Of a stretch of 4,987 nucleotides of DNA, positions 1 through 4,987 are shown one piece after another. The first letter of the stretch is position 1, and each line of letters starts with the position of its first letter. The notes under the pieces were generated by a model, which was given only the letters and a program-made list of their open reading frames with translations, was not told where the DNA came from and did no database searches. Position numbers and translations under genes: made by a program. The stretch lies in IMG/VR virus record IMGVR_UViG_2713896783_000037, one strand, 5' to 3'. Source of the DNA: a virus (Duplodnaviria; Heunggongvirae; Uroviricota; Caudoviricetes).

Positions 1-45
1 ATAAAACCGGGTGATGCAAAAGTAGCCGTTTGATTCACAAGGCCA

Positions 46-74
46 TTGACGCATCGCCCGGTTAGTTTTAACCT
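46..74 (+). promoter_or_regulatory. Candidate sigma70 promoter for the tRNA gene (TTGACG-17 bp-TAACCT)
   Basis: TTGACG at 46-51 and TAACCT at 69-74 with a 17-bp spacer, about 40 bp upstream of the mature tRNA 5' end. The -10 hexamer is weak; this is a pattern match only. Confidence 0.25.
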
Positions 75-114
75 TGTCCACCGTGATTCACGTTCGTGAA
101 CATGTCCTTTCAGG

Positions 115-190
115 GCCGATATAGCTCAGTTGGTAGAGCAGCGCATTCGTAATGCGAAGGTCGTAGGTTCGACTCCTATTATCGGCACCA
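115..190 (+). tRNA. thrW: tRNA-Thr, anticodon CGU
   Basis: 76-nt cloverleaf: acceptor stem GCCGATA/TATCGGC, D-loop AGCTCAGTTGGTAGAGC, anticodon loop containing CGT, T-arm GGTTCGACTCC, encoded 3' CCA. Matches my recollection of enterobacterial thrW. Confidence 0.9.
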
Positions 191-204
191 TTTAAATCAA
201 TAAG

Positions 205-1179
205 TTACACATCATTAGTACCTTCCTTATTTTTTGACTGGGACAAATTTGGGACCGATGGGTTCAGGATCGAGTCTATTTGCCGTGCGTGTTCGGTAAG
301 GTGATTAGGTGCAAGGTGAGCATATCGACGAACCATTTCGATAGACTCCCAGCCTCCCATTTCCTGTAACACTGACAACGGGACTCCGGCTTGAACCAGC
401 CAACTTGCCCAGGTGTGTCTCAAGTCGTGAAATCTGAAATCATCAATACCAGCCCGTCTCAGCGCCGCTTTCCAGGCTGTGTTTGCGTCATACCGCATCT
501 TCCTTACTGTTGGCGCTTTCGTTCCGTCTGGTTTGGTACAGCTTTCCTTGTACACAAATACCCAACGGTGATGATTACCGATTTGTTTTTTCAATACGCG
601 ACATGCAGTATCATTCAGCGCAACGCCAATTGCGCGGTTTGATTTACTCTCTTCCGGGTTTATCCATGCCACCCGGCGCTGCATATCTATTTGTTGCCAT
701 TCAAGGTTGATGATGTTCGAGCGTCTTAAGCCTGTTGCCAGTGCAAATTCAACAACAGACTTTAATGGCTCCGGACATTCATCAATCAGCCTTTGTGCTT
801 CATGGGGCTCCAGCCAGCGGAGCCGTTTATTCTTTGGTTGAGGCACTTTAATAATTGGTGCCTTATCGAGCATTTTCCATTCACGCTCTGCGGCTCTTAG
901 CAGGGCCTTTATAAATGAAAGATGCGTAGCCTTCGTTGCAACGGACGCTGGTTTTGGCGTGTATTCTGGAACAGGTTTCCCTTTTTTTCTGCATGCTTCT
1001 GCCCTGAGTTTCCAGTTTTCCTCATGACGCCGGTTCGTCATTTTCTGCATTGCTGAATAAATTTTTGATTCAGTAATGTCTCTTAGTTGCATTCCTGCGA
1101 AATGTTGAAGCCAGAATCCGATCTGCTTTCCATTGAGCCTGTTTCTCTGCGCGACGTTCGCGGCGGCGTGTTTGTGCAT
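205..1179 (-). CDS. int: Tyrosine recombinase (phage integrase), 5'-truncated; catalytic domain intact
   Basis: Catalytic signature residues are present: R in ATGLRRSN, H-x-x-R in [11 protein letters not shown] in VRRYAHL. The stop is 15 bp from the tRNA 3' end. Integrase-derived sequence begins only at about 1122; the first 19 codons of the ORF ([19 protein letters not shown]) are lambda N coding DNA read in the +1 frame, and an in-frame stop lies at 1201-1203. The N-terminal (arm-binding) region of a full-length integrase of this kind therefore appears to be missing. Confidence 0.8.
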   Translation of the reverse strand: MHKHAAANVAQRNRLNGKQIGFWLQHFAGMQLRDITESKIYSAMQKMTNRRHEENWKLRAEACRKKGKPVPEYTPKPASVATKATHLSFIKALLRAAEREWKMLDKAPIIKVPQPKNKRLRWLEPHEAQRLIDECPEPLKSVVEFALATGLRRSNIINLEWQQIDMQRRVAWINPEESKSNRAIGVALNDTACRVLKKQIGNHHRWVFVYKESCTKPDGTKAPTVRKMRYDANTAWKAALRRAGIDDFRFHDLRHTWASWLVQAGVPLSVLQEMGGWESIEMVRRYAHLAPNHLTEHARQIDSILNPSVPNLSQSKNKEGTNDV

Positions 1180-1183
1180 CCAT
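1124..1183 (-). pseudogene. N: Antiterminator N, 5' fragment (first 20 codons only)
   Basis: ATG at 1183-1181 is preceded by AGGAGAATCCAG and encodes [20 protein letters not shown], the arginine-rich boxB-binding N-terminus of lambda N. After codon 20 the sequence switches to integrase DNA and the N frame runs on as [17 protein letters not shown] to a stop at 1070. Confidence 0.8.
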
Positions 1184-1340
1184 CTGGATTCTCCTGTTAG
1201 TTAGCTTTGGTTGTGTGTGGGAGTCGTAGTCCTGAACGAAAACACCCCGCAATGGCACATTGGCTGCTAATCCGGATTCGCACTTCCGGCCAATGCTTCG
1301 TTTCGTATCACACACACCAAAGCCTTCTGCTTTGAATGCT

Positions 1341-1371
1341 GCCCTTCTTCAGGGCTTAATTTTTAAGAGCA
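1341..1371 (-). promoter_or_regulatory. nutL (boxA plus boxB hairpin)
   Basis: On the minus strand: TGCTCTTAA (boxA-like) followed by GCCCTGAAGAAGGGC (boxB stem-loop, identical to lambda nutL boxB as I recall it). Lies in the pL leader upstream of the N start. Confidence 0.7.
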
Positions 1372-1404
1372 TCACCTTCATGGTGGTTAGTGCGTCCTGC
1401 TGAT

Positions 1405-1473
1405 GTGCTTAGTATCACCGCTAGTGGTATTTGTGTCAACACCGCCAGAGATAATTTATCACCGCAGATGGTT
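1405..1473 (-). promoter_or_regulatory. pL promoter with operators OL1, OL2, OL3
   Basis: Minus-strand -35 TTGACA (plus 1434-1439) and -10 GATACT (plus 1411-1416). Three 17-bp cI/Cro operator sites: OL1 1413-1429 TATCACCGCTAGTGGTA, OL2 1437-1453 CAACACCGCCAGAGATA, OL3 1457-1473 TATCACCGCAGATGGTT. Confidence 0.85.
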
Positions 1474-1554
1474 ATCTGTATGTTTTTTATATAGATTTAT
1501 TTTTTGCAGGGTTGTGTGGCTTGGGAGGTGATCGAGAGATCAGAATTGCGTTGT

Positions 1555-1944
1555 TTAGTGAGTTGCACCTATTAATTTTAAAATAAATACAATTGGTGTT
1601 TTTCGAGTTTTTCTTAACTCTTCATGCAGCTCCGTTCTCAGAATATATGATTTTTCGAGTTTGAAATTCTTGCGACCAGGCGTCTTATTGCCAGGCTCAG
1701 GAAGTGGAAGGCGTGTTTGAATGTCGAGTGGTGGACAGTCATAGAAGTAAATTCTATAAAGCTCAAGCGGTTCCCTACGTTCTTGTGATTGATGTTTTCC
1801 ATTAAGATGGGAAAGAACCATTGACCATATTACTTTCATTATGCATTGCGCAGTCAGTTCATGCTCGGCGAAGTGTTTACGATGCGTAGCATGAACACGC
1901 TGCATGAAAAAACCCGCATCAATTAAAATTGCTGCTTTCTTCAT
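1555..1944 (-). CDS. Hypothetical protein (129 aa, basic) in the rexA/rexB position of the immunity region
   Basis: The only ORF in the six-frame track between OL and cI. ATG at 1944-1942 with a weak GGGA Shine-Dalgarno. AT-rich relative to flanking lambda-like DNA. No family recognised; the N-terminal MKKAAILIDAGFF resembles the first strand-Asp motif of PIN/NYN-type folds, but this is a weak impression only. The last ~16 codons lie in DNA homologous to lambda's non-coding region right of OL. Confidence 0.5.
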   Translation of the reverse strand: MKKAAILIDAGFFMQRVHATHRKHFAEHELTAQCIMKVIWSMVLSHLNGKHQSQERREPLELYRIYFYDCPPLDIQTRLPLPEPGNKTPGRKNFKLEKSYILRTELHEELRKTRKTPIVFILKLIGATH

Positions 1945-1953
1945 AAGAGTCCC

Positions 1954-2014
1954 AAAAAAATAGCCCAGAGCCGTTATGCAGATATTAACAATTGTCTGCG
2001 AACGGGGCTGGGCT
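1954..2014 (-). terminator. Intrinsic terminator immediately downstream of cI
   Basis: On the minus strand: AGCCCAGCCCCGTT...AACGGCTCTGGGCT imperfect GC-rich stem (7+5 bp with a 2-nt internal mismatch, inner GCAGA/TCTGC pairing) followed by ATTTTTTT. Begins 57 nt after the cI stop and ends 9 nt before the ORF129 ATG. Confidence 0.6.
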
Positions 2015-2024
2015 TGGTTTAATT

Positions 2025-2054
2025 AATCTATGCCAAGTTGACTGTGCCGTCAAC
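2025..2054 (-). promoter_or_regulatory. Candidate promoter (TTGACG-17-TAGATT) overlapped by the inverted repeat GTTGAC-N6-GTCAAC
   Basis: Minus-strand -35 TTGACG (plus 2048-2053) and -10 TAGATT (plus 2025-2030) with a 17-bp spacer. A perfect 6-bp inverted repeat at plus 2037-2054 overlaps the -35. Pattern only. Confidence 0.25.
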
Positions 2055-2071
2055 ATAAAACTTACTTCCTA

Positions 2072-2788
<717 letters not shown>

Positions 2789-2796
2789 TTAAATCT

Positions 2797-2860
2797 ATCA
2801 CCGCAAGGGATAAATATCTAACACCGCGCGTGTTGACTACTTTACCTCTGGCGGTGATAA
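2797..2860. promoter_or_regulatory. Right operator OR3-OR2-OR1 with divergent promoters PRM (leftward) and PR (rightward)
   Basis: OR3 2797-2813 TATCACCGCAAGGGATA, OR2 2819-2835 TAACACCGCGCGTGTTG, OR1 2843-2859 TACCTCTGGCGGTGATA. PR -35 TTGACT 2832-2837 and -10 GATAAT 2855-2860. cro Shine-Dalgarno TAAGGAGG at 2873-2880. Confidence 0.92.
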
Positions 2861-2876
2861 TGGTTGCATGTACTAA

Positions 2877-3086
<210 letters not shown>

Positions 3087-3093
3087 ATAACCC

Positions 3094-3125
3094 CGCTCTT
3101 ACACATTCCAGCCCTGAAAAAGGGC
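3094..3125 (+). promoter_or_regulatory. nutR (boxA CGCTCTTACACATTCCA plus boxB GCCCTGAAAAAGGGC), followed by the tR1 region
   Basis: boxA at 3094-3110, boxB hairpin at 3111-3125. The following 3126-3200 contains the palindromes ACACC-TAT-GGTGT and GTATGCA-TTTATT-TGCATAC, typical of the lambda tR1 rho-dependent terminator region. Confidence 0.8.
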
Positions 3126-3204
3126 ATCCAATTAAACCACACCTATGGTGTATGCATTTATTTGCATACATTCAATCAATTGTTATCTAAGGAAATACTT
3201 ACAT

Positions 3205-3498
3205 ATGGTTCGTGCAAACAAACGCAACGAGGCTCTACGAATCGAGAGTGCGTTGCTTAACAAAATCGCAATGCTTGGAACTGAGAAGACAGCGGAAGCT
3301 GTGGGAGTTGATAAGTCGCAGATCAGCAGGTGGAAGAGAGACTGGATTCCAAAGTTCTCAATGCTGCTTGCTGTTCTTGAATGGGGGGTCGTTGACGACG
3401 ACATGGCTCGATTGGCGCGACAAGTTGCTGCGATTCTCACCAATAAAAAACGCCCGGCGGCAACCGAGCGTTCTGAACAAATCCAGATGGAGTTCTGA
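3205..3498 (+). CDS. cII: Transcriptional activator CII
   Basis: 97-aa product MVRANKRNEALRIESALLNK...ERSEQIQMEF, identical to lambda CII as I recall it. True start is the ATG at 3205 (RBS TAAGGAAATACTTACAT), not the upstream ATG at 3145 used by the ORF track. Confidence 0.95.
   Translation: MVRANKRNEALRIESALLNKIAMLGTEKTAEAVGVDKSQISRWKRDWIPKFSMLLAVLEWGVVDDDMARLARQVAAILTNKKRPAATERSEQIQMEF
3214..3227 (-). promoter_or_regulatory. CII-binding site of PRE (TTGC-N6-TTGC)
   Basis: Plus GCAAACAAACGCAA is the reverse complement of TTGCGTTTGTTTGC, the direct-repeat CII recognition motif flanking the -35 of the leftward establishment promoter, embedded in the first codons of cII as in lambda. Confidence 0.6.
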
Positions 3499-3520
3499 GG
3501 TCATTACTGGATCTATCAAC
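3442..3520 (-). ncRNA. oop: oop antisense RNA (overlaps the cII 3' end)
   Basis: Minus strand reads GTTGATAGATCCAGTAATGACCTCAGAACTCCATCTGGATTTGTTCAGAACGCTCGGTTGCCGCCGGGCGTTTTTTATT. This matches my recollection of lambda oop, including the terminal GC hairpin and U-run. A pO-like promoter (CATAAT -10) lies just upstream within the start of O. Confidence 0.7.
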
Positions 3521-3530
3521 AGGAGTCATT

Positions 3531-4329
3531 ATGACAAATACAGCAAAAATACTCAACTTCGGCAGAGGTAACTTTGCCGGACAGGAGCGTAATGTGGCAG
3601 ATCTCGATGATGGTTACGCCAGACTATCAAATATGCTGCTTGAGGCTTATTCGGGCGCAGATCTGACCAAGCGACAGTTTAAAGTGCTGCTTGCCATTCT
3701 GCGTAAAACCTATGGNNNNNNNNNNNNNNNNNNNNNNNNNNNNNNNNNNNNNNNNNNNNNNNNNNATGAATATTATCAAGCAGCAAGGCGGCATGTTTGG
3801 ACCAAATAAAAACATCTCAGAATGGTGTATCCCTCAAAACGAGGGAAAATCCCCTAAAACGAGGGATAAAACATCCCTCAAATTGGGGGATTGCTATCCC
3901 TCAAATTGGGGGATTGCTATCCCTCAAAACAGGGGGACACAAAAGACACTATTACAAAAGAAAAAAGAAANNNNNNNNNNNNNNNNNNNNNNNNNNNNNN
4001 NNNNNNNNNNNNNNNNNNNNGCAGAGTGGATGTTTGACATGGTGAAGACCATCGCGCCATCAGCCAGAAAACCGAATTTTGCTGGGTGGGCTAACGATAT
4101 CCGCCTGATGCGTGAACGTGACGGACGTAACCACCGCGATATGTGTGTGCTTTTCCGCTGGGCCTGCCAGGACAACTTCTGGTCCGGTAACGTGCTGAGT
4201 CCGGCCAAACTCCGCGACAAGTGGACCCAGCTCGAAATCAACCGTAACAAGCAACAGGCAGGCNTGANAGCCAGCAAACCAAAACTCGACCTGACAAACA
4301 CNGACTGGATTTACGGGGTGGATNTATGA
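3531..4329 (+). CDS. O: Replication initiator O (lambda-type), interrupted by assembly gaps
   Basis: N-terminus MTNTAKILNFGRGNFAGQERNVADLDDGYARLSNMLLEAYSGADLTKRQFKVLLAILRKTYG. Middle segment MNIIKQQGGMFGPNKNISEWCIPQNEGKSPKTRDKTSLKLGDCYPS. C-terminal domain AEWMFDMVKTIAPSARKPNFAGWANDIRLMRERDGRNHRDMCVLFRWACQDNFWSGNVLSPAKLRDKW...DWIYGVD, with the ATGA stop/start overlap onto the P start. Two 50-N runs (3716-3765, 3971-4020), isolated Ns at 4264, 4268, 4302 and 4324, and a 23-bp duplication make frame continuity undeterminable. Confidence 0.85.
3716..3765. other. Assembly gap (50 N) inside gene O
   Basis: Run of 50 N. The corresponding lambda segment is about 99 bp by my recollection, so the gap length looks arbitrary. 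Confidence 0.95.
3829..3937 (+). repeat. Origin iterons (O-binding sites) inside gene O; five copies, followed by an A-rich tract
   Basis: Five inverted-repeat iterons of the form ATCCCTCAAA...GGGGGAT, starting at 3829, 3849, 3873, 3896 and 3919 (spacing 20-24 bp), then CAAAAGACACTATTACAAAAGAAAAAAGAAA running into the gap. Lambda has four as I recall; the third here is present twice. Confidence 0.85.
3874..3919 (+). repeat. Perfect 23-bp tandem duplication (TCCCTCAAATTGGGGGATTGCTA x2) within the origin iterons
   Basis: 3874-3896 and 3897-3919 are identical. 23 is not a multiple of 3, so the O reading frame is shifted after this point relative to lambda (KLGDCYPS then NWGIAIPQNRGTQKTLLQKKKE instead of KQGDTKDTITKEKRK). 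Confidence 0.8.
3971..4020. other. Assembly gap (50 N) inside gene O, just after the origin A-rich tract
   Basis: Run of 50 N. The corresponding lambda segment is about 124 bp by my recollection, so the gap length looks arbitrary. Confidence 0.95.
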
Positions 4330-4637
4330 AAAACATCGCCGCACAGATGGTTAACTTTGACCGTGAGCAGATGCGTCGGATCGCCAACATCGATAACCAG
4401 GACATGACGATATCGGTCTGGGTCTTTCCTGATACTGATATTTCAGATGTATCGCGTGAGTTAATTGCGGCAATTAAACAGGGGTATCTAACAGTAAAAG
4501 CCGCCGGGGTATGGGCGGGGGGCATTGAAACACCTTCGGTGGAAACTCCATCGGAAGGCTCTAAATTTTTTGGTTTTGATATGGATAACGAATTCATCAG
4601 TGGTTTTGATGTAGGGGCATGGGGAGTATTACTCTGA
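4326..4637 (+). CDS. Chimeric ORF: first 21 codons of replication protein P fused to 82 codons of unrelated coding sequence
   Basis: [21 protein letters not shown] matches the lambda P N-terminus (nucleotide identity through 4389). From 4390 the sequence is unrelated ([45 protein letters not shown]...[11 protein letters not shown]). The frame stays open for 82 codons and ends in a TGATG stop/start overlap with the next ORF, suggesting the 3' end of a real gene. Confidence 0.55.
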   Translation: MKNIAAQMVNFDREQMRRIANIDNQDMTISVWVFPDTDISDVSRELIAAIKQGYLTVKAAGVWAGGIETPSVETPSEGSKFFGFDMDNEFISGFDVGAWGVLL

Positions 4638-4987
4638 TGGCGAAAAATGACTTTAAAGCGTTTGCAACTGATCGAAATGCCAATGTTATGTCGCAGGAGG
4701 AATGGGAAGCGTTGCCTGCGCTTATATCCGGATTTACAGCAGGGAAAGCATCCAGTGCGCAAGTCAATAAGGTTATTCGGCAGGCCAGCTTTATTGCTGC
4801 AGCTCTGGCCCAGTTTGTAAGTGATAAAACGCAACGGGATGTGCTTGATAATGGTGATCTGCCCGGTTTTGTTGAATTGCTGGGATCGGGGTTTGCTGTT
4901 GAATACCTGAGCCGCAAGAATCCGTTTGGCGATATCAAATCGGACGGCACGGTGAAAACGGCTCTTCAAAACCTTGGTTTGGGAGAA
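4637..4987 (+). CDS. Hypothetical protein, 5' part only (runs off window); possibly a phage tail-fibre N-terminal region
   Basis: ATG at 4637 overlaps the upstream stop (TGATG). Product [82 protein letters not shown]... has protein-like composition, whereas the opposite-strand ORF looks like antisense junk. The tail-fibre assignment is a pattern-level impression only. Confidence 0.55.
   Translation, partial: MAKNDFKAFATDRNANVMSQEEWEALPALISGFTAGKASSAQVNKVIRQASFIAAALAQFVSDKTQRDVLDNGDLPGFVELLGSGFAVEYLSRKNPFGDIKSDGTVKTALQNLGLGE

Noticed and set aside
391-710. Plus-strand ORFs 391-642 and 483-710
   Set aside because: Antisense shadows inside the integrase gene, Cys/Arg-rich with no start context.
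1123-1179. Apparent integrase N-terminus [19 protein letters not shown]
   Set aside because: These codons are lambda N coding DNA read in the +1 frame, with an in-frame stop at 1201-1203. They are not a native integrase N-terminus.
1070-1315. 81-aa minus-strand ORF (MCDTKRSIGRK...) between the integrase and pL
   Set aside because: Its first 44 codons are the pL leader (nutL boxA/boxB region) read in frame. The real start is the N ATG at 1183, and only 20 N codons survive before the joint. It is a frame artefact plus an N fragment, not a new gene.
3145-3204. Upstream ATG extending cII to 117 aa
   Set aside because: The extension (MVYAFICIHSINCYLRKYLH) lies over the nutR/tR1 palindromes and lacks an RBS. 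The canonical cII start at 3205 has a proper Shine-Dalgarno and gives the 97-aa protein.
3183-3571. ORFs 3183-3443 (-) and 3212-3571 (+)
   Set aside because: Overlap cII in other frames. The region is explained by cII, the PRE site and oop.
3691-3765. N-terminal extension MPFCVKPM on the ORF reading through the first N run
   Set aside because: This is an artefact of translating across a 50-N gap of arbitrary length. The real O frame before the gap is the 3531 frame.
3829-3937. Short direct repeats examined as a possible CRISPR array
   Set aside because: The repeats are about 19 bp palindromic iterons with 1-5 bp spacers, located inside gene O. They are the lambda-type origin O-binding sites, not repeat-spacer units.
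3627-4344. ORFs 3627-3815 (-), 3797-4045 (+), 3924-4301 (-) and 4060-4344 (-)
   Set aside because: They read through N runs or lie antisense or out of frame to O; low-complexity translations.
4238-4969. Long minus-strand ORF (243 aa), plus 4597-4950 (-)
   Set aside because: Its 5' part is antisense to the bona fide O C-terminus. The translation is Cys/Arg/Ser-rich and contains ambiguous codons. The plus-strand ORFs are translationally coupled and protein-like, so these are treated as antisense shadows.

Overview
This window is a heavily deleted lambdoid prophage remnant lying directly downstream of an intact tRNA-Thr(CGU) gene (thrW-type attachment site). It keeps an almost complete lambda-type immunity and early-control core: pL/OL1-3 with nutL, cI, OR1-3 with PRM/PR, cro, nutR/tR1, cII with its PRE activator site, the antisense oop RNA, and gene O with the origin iterons. 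Comparisons to lambda are from memory of the reference sequence, not from a search. The rest is missing or broken. N is cut after codon 20 and joined out of frame to a 5'-truncated tyrosine integrase. P is cut after codon 21 and joined to unrelated coding sequence that may belong to a tail module. The rexA/rexB slot between cI and OL holds instead a single unrecognised 129-codon ORF preceded by a strong hairpin/T-run terminator; this is the best candidate for an undescribed lysogen-expressed function. Gene O carries two 50-N gaps, four isolated N calls and a perfect 23-bp tandem duplication of one origin iteron, so its integrity cannot be judged from this sequence.
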